Translations under genes and position numbers: made by a program | In this document: piece by piece, positions 19,393-28,778 of the stretch | Layout of the letters: each line of letters starts with the position of its first letter | Numbering within the stretch: position 1 is the stretch's first letter | Notes under the pieces: model-generated | Databases searched by the model: none | Told to the model about the DNA's origin: nothing | Seen by the model: the letters and a program-made list of their open reading frames with translations, nothing else | IMG/VR virus record: IMGVR_UViG_3300032314_000556 | Span: 1-51,104 of that record | Strand: one strand, 5' to 3' | Origin: a virus | Taxonomy: Duplodnaviria; Caudoviricetes | Length of the DNA: 51,104 nt

Positions 19393-19781
19393 AACTTTGT
19401 ATAAAATATAAAAAAGGATTGGTTGAAAAGTATCAAATTGATATTATTAAAGAGTTTATTCTTACACTACAAAAAAGTTTTCCATTAGAAGGTGAACTTG
19501 AAATATTATTCTTAGACGAAAGGAAGGGTAAAATGACAACAGGGTCATTTAAAAATAAAGAAAACAAAATTAAAGTTCTTTTTAAGAATAGAATGCTTGC
19601 CGATATTTTAAGAACTTTATCCCATGAATGGGCTCATTGTTATGACCATCAAAAAATTCATATAAAGGATAGAAGAGATGTTGGTGGGGAGTCTGAAAAT
19701 TTTGCAAATGAGAAGTCAGGAGCTTTAACCAAAAAATTTGTTAAAAGCAATCCTGACCTACATAAAGACTTGTTCAAGTAA
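19389..19781 (+). CDS. Putative zincin metallopeptidase
   Basis: HExxH (LSHEWAH) with downstream ENFAN third-ligand-like motif. Confidence 0.65.
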   Translation: MKLCIKYKKGLVEKYQIDIIKEFILTLQKSFPLEGELEILFLDERKGKMTTGSFKNKENKIKVLFKNRMLADILRTLSHEWAHCYDHQKIHIKDRRDVGGESENFANEKSGALTKKFVKSNPDLHKDLFK

Positions 19782-20207
19782 TTAATTTAGGGGCACTGAA
19801 TTTAAAGCCAATTCTATTTTACTATAGATATTAGATAAAGAATCTTTTACTCCTTTCTTGACCTTGTATTCAATCTTTTTGGTACGACTTTCCATCTCAA
19901 CCGAAAATATTTTTTCAAGTTTATCCCAATCTTTCCTTGTCAGACATATTTCGTGAGAATAATTTTTTTCAACTATTGTACCACTGGTTCCAAATAATGA
20001 AACAAATATATTTAAACGCTCATTGTAAATGTATTTGTCACCTGATACAGGAGCAATCAGAAGAAGTGAATCCTCAATCTTCAATAATTTTATACAAATA
20101 AAAAGAGCTGTCCTATCAGGACAAGTACCTTCAGTTTTATTTGACTTATAGTATTGATTGCGTAAAAAAATACGACTTTTGTAGTAGAGTTTTTTTAGTG
20201 GATTCAT
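19782..20207 (-). CDS. Hypothetical protein
   Basis: 141-aa ORF. Confidence 0.65.
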   Translation of the reverse strand: MNPLKKLYYKSRIFLRNQYYKSNKTEGTCPDRTALFICIKLLKIEDSLLLIAPVSGDKYIYNERLNIFVSLFGTSGTIVEKNYSHEICLTRKDWDKLEKIFSVEMESRTKKIEYKVKKGVKDSLSNIYSKIELALNSVPLN

Positions 20208-20262
20208 AGAAATAATTTTGATAAAGATACGTCAAAAGTTCTATTCTACCTAAAAAATGTTT

Positions 20263-21168
20263 TTAACAAAGAGTTATTACTTCATACCGACATTTCCATC
20301 CCTTATACTGTTTTATTTCACCTTTAGATACTCTATGTAAAGCACTATCGTTTAGATTATTTTCTAAACAAAAATTTCTGAGTGAAAAAAGTTTAAACTC
20401 CTCGCCTTCTGGGGATGTTAACCAATAAACCTTTTTTTCCACTGTTTCTCCTTTAGTTCTATTTAATATAATTGGTCCTTTTTGTATGTTTCTTTTTGTT
20501 TTTTTTCTAAATGATTGTATAGAATTTTTACTCAAATTGTTTAATTTACAATATTCATTTAAATTTTTAGTAACGGTTTGATTCATATATTCGTCATATA
20601 TTACAAATTCATCCCTACCATCAATTTTTTCTAAATTTTCATATAAATCCAATACCATTTTATTCTCATCTTGATTAGTTGTTTTTTTATTAAAAAGTAA
20701 GTCAACAAAATCGGACCATATTTCCAAATCAGTTTCATTTCTTCCAATATTGGCAGCATAACAACATAGAACCACATTATCTTTAGTATAACCTTTAGTT
20801 CTATCTAATCTATCTATTGAAGGTTGTTGGGGGTGCTTATTTATAAGGGATGGTCGCATAGGTATTTTAAACCAATGACATAAACCATTTTGGGTTTCAA
20901 AAATCTCCAAAATATCATCTGATGTTAGGGTATTTTCGCAACTTCTATTTTTTGAATGCTGAATTAGAATATTGGCCCAAAGTCTAATTTTTCTTTCTTG
21001 GTACTTTAATTTTTCTTTTCCCTTATTTTTAGTATCTTCTCTATATTTTTTCTTATTAACTTTACCAATTTCATTCACATGAAATTTACACATTAAAGTT
21101 TTTTGACTAGAATAAAACTCACTTATTGGTTTATATTCATTACATTTTTTACAAAATTTGGTTTCCAT
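20263..21168 (-). CDS. Free-standing homing-endonuclease-like protein (N-terminal CxxC zinc ribbon, HNH/EndoVII-like core, C-terminal NUMOD-like repeats)
   Basis: KFCKKC...EFY; QNGLCHWFKIPM...PSIDRLDRTKGYTKDNVVLCCYAANIGR; two LxxFCxxNNL-type repeats; ends QYKGWKC. Confidence 0.8.
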   Translation of the reverse strand: METKFCKKCNEYKPISEFYSSQKTLMCKFHVNEIGKVNKKKYREDTKNKGKEKLKYQERKIRLWANILIQHSKNRSCENTLTSDDILEIFETQNGLCHWFKIPMRPSLINKHPQQPSIDRLDRTKGYTKDNVVLCCYAANIGRNETDLEIWSDFVDLLFNKKTTNQDENKMVLDLYENLEKIDGRDEFVIYDEYMNQTVTKNLNEYCKLNNLSKNSIQSFRKKTKRNIQKGPIILNRTKGETVEKKVYWLTSPEGEEFKLFSLRNFCLENNLNDSALHRVSKGEIKQYKGWKCRYEVITLC

Positions 21169-21190
21169 ATATTATATAAATATATGGAAA
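21162..21190 (-). promoter_or_regulatory. Perfect 12-bp hairpin containing TATTTATA and sequestering the endonuclease ATG
   Basis: The - strand reads tttccatatatt-tatat-aatatATGgaaa. Confidence 0.75.
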
Positions 21191-21218
21191 TTAGGATAAA
21201 GTGTATAAGTTTGTAAAT

Positions 21219-21785
21219 TTATTTTTTCTTCCACTTACCGCCTTTACTTTTGTAATGTTTTGCGGCGGCTCCATTACAATATGCACTCGGACAAACTTTA
21301 TATCTAGCTCTAGCCCAATCTAATGATGATTTCCACAAAGATGGGTTAGTTGGTACATTTTTTTTCTTTTTTTCAGTTAATTCACTACCTTCAGTCATAG
21401 ATAATGCAAGGGCTTTATTTGGATTCATTCCATTAGCCTCATCGGCCAATGCTAAATCTTTTAGTCCATCGTCTTCCATCATGGTCATTTCCTCTTCATC
21501 TGATTGGTCATTTAAATCACCTTCATCGGTGGTTTCATTCATTAAAAAATCAAAAACTTGGTCCATATTATTCTTTGCCTCGGCAATGTGGTCTTGAGCC
21601 CAATCGTGACCGTTGTCCAAAATAGAATCTATTTCATCTCTATTTTTACTTAACAATATATCACATTGTCTTCTCATTTGTTCTAAATTAGAGAAGAACA
21701 TATATCTATCGGAAGATTGTTCTTTTAAAACATTAGTAATAATGTTTTGTAATTCCGTTTCAGTTAATCGTATTATTTTTTTCAT
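21219..21785 (-). CDS. Hypothetical protein with RLTETEL leader and basic C-terminal domain (putative head-internal)
   Basis: N-terminus MKKIIRLTETELQNIITNVLKE; C-terminus PTNPSLW...PSAYCNGAAAKHYKSKGGKW. Confidence 0.75.
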   Translation of the reverse strand: MKKIIRLTETELQNIITNVLKEQSSDRYMFFSNLEQMRRQCDILLSKNRDEIDSILDNGHDWAQDHIAEAKNNMDQVFDFLMNETTDEGDLNDQSDEEEMTMMEDDGLKDLALADEANGMNPNKALALSMTEGSELTEKKKKNVPTNPSLWKSSLDWARARYKVCPSAYCNGAAAKHYKSKGGKWKKK

Positions 21786-21789
21786 ATTA

Positions 21790-21796
21790 ATAAATA
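21790..21796 (-). promoter_or_regulatory. Putative late promoter TATTTAT
   Basis: Only 4 nt upstream of the ATG at 21785. Confidence 0.55.
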
Positions 21797-22393
21797 TTAT
21801 GAGGACAAGTTTGATTTTAGGTTATTACAAAGGTGAATAAGTGCCTCCTCAACATAAGATTCGATAGCACTGTATTTTTCAAATAAGTTTGTTCCTTCTT
21901 CATTGTTAAAATTACATGCTTGATAATCACCTTCCATATCACAATAGATTTCACCTTCAAAAATCTCTTCATCCAAAGTATCATCTTCCTCAGTTTGGAC
22001 AATTATTTTACCTGTGTGGATGATTTCCATTTCTTCAGGATTTTCTTGTGTTGAGTTATACTCAAATTCAAGATTAATGTCCCCTACACTACCCATATCC
22101 ATTTCTTCTTCAGGAACTGCAGCGTACTCATCAAAGAAAGTTTGTTCAACACCTGACAATTTCTTACCCGATGCAATTTTTCGATTAACCATCATCATGA
22201 TTTCATCAGTATTTAAACTATCTTGGGATATATCATTTAACATTTTCTTTTCAATGGATGACAATCCTTCGTAACCAACTTGACCTATTTTTTCAAGAAG
22301 CGGATTTAAAAGTTCAGGATATTTTTCTCTTATTTCTTTGATGATTAATTTAACATAATTAATCAATTCTGATTCTGTTAATCGTATTTTCAT
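21797..22393 (-). CDS. Acidic hypothetical protein with RLTESEL leader
   Basis: N-terminus MKIRLTESELINYVKLIIKE. Confidence 0.75.
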   Translation of the reverse strand: MKIRLTESELINYVKLIIKEIREKYPELLNPLLEKIGQVGYEGLSSIEKKMLNDISQDSLNTDEIMMMVNRKIASGKKLSGVEQTFFDEYAAVPEEEMDMGSVGDINLEFEYNSTQENPEEMEIIHTGKIIVQTEEDDTLDEEIFEGEIYCDMEGDYQACNFNNEEGTNLFEKYSAIESYVEEALIHLCNNLKSNLSS

Positions 22394-23871
22394 TTTCTGT
22401 TAACTATTTGAAATTTAATCTGTTTTTTATAAGTATCTGCCGCACCATCAGAATAAACTTTTAAATCAATGTAGTATTCATTGGGTATTTTATCTCTTGT
22501 GTCAAACATAAAGTAGTATTGATTGTAAGACCTATTAACTCTTGTCCAGTCTTGAACTTCTACTTCAGTTTGACCTTCTCTTACATAAATTCTGTAATAT
22601 ACTTGGACTCTTTGTAAAACTTCGTTTGTTGTGTATGCCTTTTTAAGGACAACACCAACTTTTCTAACATCGGTATTAATAATTTTTTCATCTTGTTTAA
22701 TACCGTAGTAATCAAATCCATAAAGAATTGGGTCTTGACTGTCAGATGAAAGTTGTATTGTTTTTTGATATGGTAAAAGTACTGTTTGATTTGTAATATC
22801 CTCAAGAGCAATTCCGTTGTAGGTTAAACCTGACCAAATATCATAAATTGTACAAGGTACGCTAATTGTATTTGATGTAATTGCAGGAACGGTTATCTCA
22901 TAAACCCCCGTAGTTTTTAAACAAGATGTAATTGGTCCTTGTAAAATATTTTCATTTGAATCTACAATAATTGCTGATGGAGGAGTATCTAAATTTGTTA
23001 ATATTCCATCTATGTTAGAATACAAATACAATTTATTTATTCTGTTTTTACTGAATGTATTTCTATCATCTGATATATAATCATCAAAGGTTGTTTCCAA
23101 ATACGGCTCGTAGAATGTTTGAGTATTTCTACTAAAAAATCCAACTGAGTAATTTTCTGTAAGTCCTGTAATTAGTTCAAGTTCAGGGGGAAATGCAATT
23201 ATCCAACCCGTACTTCCTGTAGTCCCTCCCGATAATATTGAATTTATTTCATTTGTCATGTCAAATTCGGCATTTTCATTACCAAATTCAAAATGTTGAG
23301 TATCAATAATTGTAAGGGCTGAAAACGGAGTCGAACCTGTATTAACATTTGAATAAATTCCTGGCTCAGTCCATCCTGATAGTGTATTTCTTTGGTAAAA
23401 ATTTGAAGGTCTTTGTGAGTATGCACTATCTTCAGGGGTAAAGTTTGTTGGGGAAAATTGACCAAATTGAGTATTAGTTGTTTTTTTAACATCATAATAA
23501 TCATATCCAACTCCCTCATCCCAAGTTTGTGGTAATCCCGTTGCGCCTGATGTTAAAGGAATTCTAATTAAATTTAAATCAAATGAAGTCGCTCTTAATT
23601 GAGCCCTGTCAAATGACGAAGTATTAATCATTTTTAATTTGTGAGTGATACCACTAAAACCCGTACACCCAGTTGATACAATACCCGATTCAATTTTTTC
23701 AATTAAATCAGTTAAGTCCAAATCGAATATGAATCTACTATATGCCGAATCCCTCAAAGTATCTAAAGATGAACCAAAATAAAGTTGAGTATATGGAGCC
23801 CTTCCGGTATTTGTAAAACTACCAGATAGAAGAGTATTGTTTCTTGAAAAATATGAAAAATGTATTGACAT
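22390..23871 (-). CDS. Putative virion structural (baseplate-region) protein
   Basis: 493 aa, rich in T/S/G and aromatics (beta-type), adjacent to the spike gene and preceded by TATTTAT. Confidence 0.6.
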   Translation of the reverse strand: MSIHFSYFSRNNTLLSGSFTNTGRAPYTQLYFGSSLDTLRDSAYSRFIFDLDLTDLIEKIESGIVSTGCTGFSGITHKLKMINTSSFDRAQLRATSFDLNLIRIPLTSGATGLPQTWDEGVGYDYYDVKKTTNTQFGQFSPTNFTPEDSAYSQRPSNFYQRNTLSGWTEPGIYSNVNTGSTPFSALTIIDTQHFEFGNENAEFDMTNEINSILSGGTTGSTGWIIAFPPELELITGLTENYSVGFFSRNTQTFYEPYLETTFDDYISDDRNTFSKNRINKLYLYSNIDGILTNLDTPPSAIIVDSNENILQGPITSCLKTTGVYEITVPAITSNTISVPCTIYDIWSGLTYNGIALEDITNQTVLLPYQKTIQLSSDSQDPILYGFDYYGIKQDEKIINTDVRKVGVVLKKAYTTNEVLQRVQVYYRIYVREGQTEVEVQDWTRVNRSYNQYYFMFDTRDKIPNEYYIDLKVYSDGAADTYKKQIKFQIVNRK

Positions 23872-23883
23872 TATCTTTTATAG

Positions 23884-23890
23884 ATAAATA
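23884..23890 (-). promoter_or_regulatory. Putative late promoter TATTTAT
   Basis: 12 nt upstream of ATG 23871, in a 19-nt gap. Confidence 0.6.
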
Positions 23891-25552
23891 TCAATTAATT
23901 CGAATGTTTTGATTTAATACATTCTCATCATAATTATTAAATTCTGCCTGAATTTGGTCTGGTGTAACTCTTTCGTAAGAATCTTCAGATGGAGGTAATT
24001 GATGGTATGGATGAGAGTGAGAAACCAAAAATTTAACTATTAGATTTAGTAACTCTTTCAATTTATACCCCCTAACTAAAGGTTCAGTATTTGGTATTAT
24101 ATTATCAAAAATTTGTTTATCTGAAAAACCGTAAATTGTATTTTGGTCAGAATCAGAAATTACATCCATTAAAATTTTGTTAGCACCAGGTATTTGGGAA
24201 TCTTGCGATATTAACATTATTTTACTGCTCCCAAGAATAGAGACGCTAGTTTTATTATTTATGTATTCTGATTCTCCTGATATTTTTTTTAACTCCGAAA
24301 CTTTTGAAGTTCCCGCTTTGTTTTTTCTTGATACTAATCCATCACCTGTACGTTCCAAAGAATAATTTCTTGTAAAGTTAACCCAAGATATTAATCTTTT
24401 CGCATTTTGTATGGTACTAAAAGCGGATAAACCTTGAGAATAATCAGGAACAGTTTTTAGTATTCTATTAACGTTACTACTTGGTCTGTAATAAAAGGGA
24501 AAACAGTTTGAAATTGTTCTACCTGTAATCGGTATAGGTCCTTCTCTTGGTTCTATTTTCTCTTTATTTAAACCCTCAATCATGTAGTTTATAGTATCTG
24601 TTATTGCGCTCATAGGTTGTTGCCTAAAACTAACAGTCATTAATGCAGTTGGATATTTTGGGTTAATAAGAGTTTCTGAGGTAAACTCGTTGTTTTTTAT
24701 ATTGTATTTTTCTGCTATATCATAAATTCTTATAGCCCCGCTAAATCTTTCAAATTGATTCTCTAAGTTTGTGATATCATACTCTAAAAGTTTTCTAAGA
24801 GGACTATCATCAATTCTATCAACAATTGTTGTTGTTGGTTCAGATTCTATCTTTCTTGATTTAAAATATGAAATTTGTAAAAATCCTCTTTCTCTATTGG
24901 CCTCAGTAATTTTATTAGGAGACATTTCATTTACCTTTCCCGCTCTTAAAAGAACGGAATCTTTTTTTAATATAATATCTGAAGTACCTTGTCCATAAAT
25001 TGCATTATCACACGGTTCTGCAAAAATTCCTTGTATGGGTTGTTTATATTTTTTTTGAGGATAAACATAAAACGTATCAGGGTTGAAGAAACGAAATGGA
25101 TTGTTTTTTGTATCTATAGTGGTGGATTTAAACTCCTTTCCTGATACCAAATTACTACCCAAATTAGTTAATGCCTTTGATTGAGAATTATCTTCAAGAT
25201 AAACGTTAAATGGGTTAGTTTTTGTAACTACGGTATAGAACTGTTCTTTTTTACCCCAATTGTTTTTTGCATCTGAATATATTAACCATACTGATTCTCC
25301 TGGTTTGGGGATAAAGCTCATGTAAGGAGGTAAAAGAGGCATAAAAACAAAAGGGTCCTTAGATGTGAATTTATGTATGTCGGCAACATCGCTCTTATTT
25401 TGATTTAACAGCCCGTCCCTACCCAAATCATCTAATATGGCTTGAATAGGCCAATCTTGAGGAATACATCTGATTCTTCCCAAAAGGAAAGTATCTTCAT
25501 TATCTAAAACTGTAGATATATAAAATATTTTAAGACTTTGTCCTTCCATCAT
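23891..25552 (-). CDS. Baseplate central spike/hub protein (gp5/gpV-like)
   Basis: N-terminal OB-fold pattern VLDNED..LGRIRC...PLLP....IPKPGESVWLIY; C-terminal HxH tip motif (SHSHPYH). Confidence 0.7.
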   Translation of the reverse strand: MMEGQSLKIFYISTVLDNEDTFLLGRIRCIPQDWPIQAILDDLGRDGLLNQNKSDVADIHKFTSKDPFVFMPLLPPYMSFIPKPGESVWLIYSDAKNNWGKKEQFYTVVTKTNPFNVYLEDNSQSKALTNLGSNLVSGKEFKSTTIDTKNNPFRFFNPDTFYVYPQKKYKQPIQGIFAEPCDNAIYGQGTSDIILKKDSVLLRAGKVNEMSPNKITEANRERGFLQISYFKSRKIESEPTTTIVDRIDDSPLRKLLEYDITNLENQFERFSGAIRIYDIAEKYNIKNNEFTSETLINPKYPTALMTVSFRQQPMSAITDTINYMIEGLNKEKIEPREGPIPITGRTISNCFPFYYRPSSNVNRILKTVPDYSQGLSAFSTIQNAKRLISWVNFTRNYSLERTGDGLVSRKNKAGTSKVSELKKISGESEYINNKTSVSILGSSKIMLISQDSQIPGANKILMDVISDSDQNTIYGFSDKQIFDNIIPNTEPLVRGYKLKELLNLIVKFLVSHSHPYHQLPPSEDSYERVTPDQIQAEFNNYDENVLNQNIRIN

Positions 25553-25727
25553 ATTCTTTTAATATTGTATTATATGTTTGCTCGACTTTATCTAAATGCT
25601 TACTTAATTTAATTAAAGTGTCTTTGGTTAATTCAAACTCCTTGGATAATAAATCCAAAACTTTAATCAAATCTTTATTTGGTCTATTTTTATAATCTTT
25701 AATGATTTCTAAAATTTCATTTTCCAT
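25530..25727 (-). CDS. Small coiled-coil hypothetical protein
   Basis: 65-aa ORF packed within the operon. Confidence 0.65.
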   Translation of the reverse strand: MENEILEIIKDYKNRPNKDLIKVLDLLSKEFELTKDTLIKLSKHLDKVEQTYNTILKEYDGRTKS

Positions 25728-25729
25728 TT

Positions 25730-27640
25730 TTATAAACTTTTACCTGCGACGGTTATAAAAGAGTAAGGTGGTGGAAGTTTTACCGCAGCATTTACAAATC
25801 CATTTTCTTTATTTTCAGAATCAGTCGCTTTAATCACAGAATATATTTCTTGTAAAGCAAGGTTTGGAGTACCGTCAGGATTTGGACCAGTCGGTAGGCC
25901 AATTTTTTGTAATCCTTCTATTGATTTTATAAATGCTCTATTTGGTGAATATCCTGGTAATAACGTAGATAATGCTAGCAATGGAGGCGGTATTAAGTTT
26001 GGTCGACCTATGTTAACTAAACTTAATAATTGTAAAATTGAATCAATTACACTTTTACATTGTCGGTAATCCTTAATAAGTGAGGATACTGTTAGAGCAA
26101 TAGAAACTAATTTTTCCAGCATTATAAATAACGCTCCCTTTTCATCTTTACTTATGTCAATTACAATGGCTCTGACTAAATTCCTTATATCTTTTTTAAT
26201 TTCATCAAATAAGGTTTTTATAAATTCTGCCCCAATTTTTGAAATTATGTTTTTCATTAATTCACGGTTTTGTCTTATAAATGAAACTAAACCTGTGGCG
26301 TAATCATCATAATTCAATCCGAGTGCCTTTATCATCAAAACAAAAGGAAGTAAAACCTTGGGGGATAATAAATTGGATACAACAGCTTGAGGTATTTTTT
26401 TTACAAAACTTAAATCAATAGTTAATTTTAATTGGTCAGGATATGGGAACGCTAATTGCCATCTTGGGTCATTAGATAATGAATTAGATATGTTATTTAG
26501 AGCGTTTTCCATAGAATCCCCATTCTCAACAAAAGTCATTTCATCTTCAATAATGTCTAAAATTGAATCCACGTCTACAGGTAATTCAACATTATCACAA
26601 GTTTCAAATGTAACTACTCCCTTAGTTACGTCTTTTGTTGATTGCTCAACAATCATAGTATCTAAGTAAGTAAACTCAAAAAAACTATCTGTAGTGTCAT
26701 CTAATTCTGGTGTTTTTGATTGACCCCCAACCGATATTTCTCTATCTTCATCAAAACATAACCCTAAAATTCTTTGGACCAACAAACCAAATTTAGTTGA
26801 ATCATCAATTGTACCGGTTGAAAACCTCATTTTTATAGATACAACTCCAAGAACTGCTTCAACTAAGGCTGCAGTTAAAGCCTTAAAACTTATTGGGTCT
26901 ATAGTTTTAAAATAATCAGATAAAAATTCAACAACTCTGTTTGGTCTACCATCTGGCCTATCCACCAAATAAACTAAATACCAACCTGAACCATCACCGT
27001 TTAAAGAGTTATATTGATTATACTCTATGTCAAATAGAGGTGATGTTGAATATCCAAGGTATTGTTGGTTACCTGGATACAACAAACTTAACTGTACAAA
27101 TTCATTCTGTATCAGTTCATTTAACATACGATTTGTGCTTCTTGGAATTGAGTAAGGTGAATAAGGATTTCTTTCATAAAACATTCTACCTATTTTAGTG
27201 TTTGGGTCAATTTGTAAAATATTGAATAAATCAATAGAACTTACTTTAATATAGTATTGTCCAGCAGCGTAAGTCTGTTCATTATCACAACCTAAAGCCC
27301 TAATCATTTCTTCGGCGATAATTTCAATAATTTTTGACCGAAGACGTTTTATTGTTCTTATAAACTTTCTAATTAGAAAAGTTGCAGTTGCGGTACCAGA
27401 CCCTTTATTTGCAAGAATTAAACCAATAAGTTGGTCAAATTGTGTTTGTACTTGTTTTTTTATTTTTGTTTCTAAAGACGCTTGGTCCAATTGAAACCTA
27501 CTTTGATTTATATCGGGAGATAGTTGATTAGATTTTTGACTTGATGCTTGTTGAATTGCGGACTTTGACTCCAAAAAAGTCTTATAGGCACTTAACTTAC
27601 TCTTAGCCTGCTCGTAACTATTTTGTAAATCTAAACTCAT
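25730..27640 (-). CDS. Large helical hypothetical protein (possibly baseplate/tail-associated)
   Basis: 636-aa ORF in the same operon as the spike. Confidence 0.7.
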   Translation of the reverse strand: MSLDLQNSYEQAKSKLSAYKTFLESKSAIQQASSQKSNQLSPDINQSRFQLDQASLETKIKKQVQTQFDQLIGLILANKGSGTATATFLIRKFIRTIKRLRSKIIEIIAEEMIRALGCDNEQTYAAGQYYIKVSSIDLFNILQIDPNTKIGRMFYERNPYSPYSIPRSTNRMLNELIQNEFVQLSLLYPGNQQYLGYSTSPLFDIEYNQYNSLNGDGSGWYLVYLVDRPDGRPNRVVEFLSDYFKTIDPISFKALTAALVEAVLGVVSIKMRFSTGTIDDSTKFGLLVQRILGLCFDEDREISVGGQSKTPELDDTTDSFFEFTYLDTMIVEQSTKDVTKGVVTFETCDNVELPVDVDSILDIIEDEMTFVENGDSMENALNNISNSLSNDPRWQLAFPYPDQLKLTIDLSFVKKIPQAVVSNLLSPKVLLPFVLMIKALGLNYDDYATGLVSFIRQNRELMKNIISKIGAEFIKTLFDEIKKDIRNLVRAIVIDISKDEKGALFIMLEKLVSIALTVSSLIKDYRQCKSVIDSILQLLSLVNIGRPNLIPPPLLALSTLLPGYSPNRAFIKSIEGLQKIGLPTGPNPDGTPNLALQEIYSVIKATDSENKENGFVNAAVKLPPPYSFITVAGKSL

Positions 27641-28002
27641 TATAAACTAAATTTTTCACCATCAGAGTTTATGTCTTTTTGAATTAAATTCTGCAACACA
27701 TCTTCATCCATTTCAGTTATATCAAAACTATCTTCTTTAGAATTTTGTTTTTCCCAAATACCTGATTGTAATTTTGAAAGAGTTAATTTTTTTTCAACAC
27801 AATCATTTATAATTTTTTGTTGTTTTTCAATTACAGGACCAATTAATGTCATATCTTCAGGTTGTTGCATCATGGAAATCATTTTATTCTGAATTCTAAT
27901 TGCGGTTGACCTTTGTTCAACTAATTCATTATAGATTTCCTGCATTAAAGTCAGGATTGAATCTTTGGTGAAATTTATTTCTTTCTTCTTAGGTTTTGCC
28001 AT
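27640..28002 (-). CDS. Coiled-coil hypothetical protein
   Basis: 120-aa ORF; TATTTAT lies 4 nt upstream. Confidence 0.7.
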   Translation of the reverse strand: MAKPKKKEINFTKDSILTLMQEIYNELVEQRSTAIRIQNKMISMMQQPEDMTLIGPVIEKQQKIINDCVEKKLTLSKLQSGIWEKQNSKEDSFDITEMDEDVLQNLIQKDINSDGEKFSL

Positions 28003-28006
28003 ATCA

Positions 28007-28013
28007 ATAAATA
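28007..28013 (-). promoter_or_regulatory. Putative late promoter TATTTAT heading the spike/baseplate operon
   Basis: ataaata on +, 4 nt from ATG 28002. Confidence 0.6.
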
Positions 28014-28028
28014 TATTTTTTGATTTTT

Positions 28029-28778
28029 TTAATCATCTTCAGGAAAAATTAGACCTTGATATATTTTTTTATATTTTTTCATCGAAGCTCTAATTTCTTT
28101 TGTTGACATGTTTGTTATCTCTCTAAGAGAAAGTAAAATTATATTTTTGTTGAACTTATTATTATCCGATGCTGGAAAAATAGACTCGTAATTTTCAAAA
28201 ATGTCACTAAGTGCCAAACCCAATTTATATTCATTCTCGGTTAATTCATCATTTTCGAGAATTATTTTTATTGATGAAATAAGTTCAGGAATAATATTAT
28301 CATCTGATACTGGTTCAATATCCATATAATAAATCATATTCATACTATTTTCTAAATCACCTGATATATCCTCGTAAGAAATTTTTCGATTAAATTCTTT
28401 TTGGTCTTTTAAAATTTGACCCATCAAATAATTCTTACAAATTGTGCCAAAATATGAGTACGCTTTCTTTTCCTTACTAGGCACAAATTTTTCAACCTTA
28501 GTCATTAAAAATGAATGAGTGTCAGCATGAATTTCGACAAAATCCATGTCCTTACGGTATAATTTGTATCTTCTAATTATTGATGAAATCATTTTATCTA
28601 ATGGATATCTTAGATATTCATTGTAAATCTTATTTTTTTCATCAAAAGTAGTTGCGGTGAGGAACATCCTCACCGCCATCTCTTCTCTCACATCAAAATA
28701 GTTCTCATTTTGTGAGGACTTGGCTCTTTTAGGTTTATCAATTGATACCTCTAAAGAGCTCGCACTAAAAATCATCAA
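28029..28778 (-). CDS. Putative late-transcription sigma factor (T4 gp55-like)
   Basis: Sigma region-2-like segment VEKFVPSKEKKAYSYFGTICKNYL...KDQK resembles the gp55 'FDPEK....AYFT.I...AF...I.KEKK' pattern; N-terminal NYFD. Confidence 0.62.
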   Translation of the reverse strand: MMIFSASSLEVSIDKPKRAKSSQNENYFDVREEMAVRMFLTATTFDEKNKIYNEYLRYPLDKMISSIIRRYKLYRKDMDFVEIHADTHSFLMTKVEKFVPSKEKKAYSYFGTICKNYLMGQILKDQKEFNRKISYEDISGDLENSMNMIYYMDIEPVSDDNIIPELISSIKIILENDELTENEYKLGLALSDIFENYESIFPASDNNKFNKNIILLSLREITNMSTKEIRASMKKYKKIYQGLIFPEDD

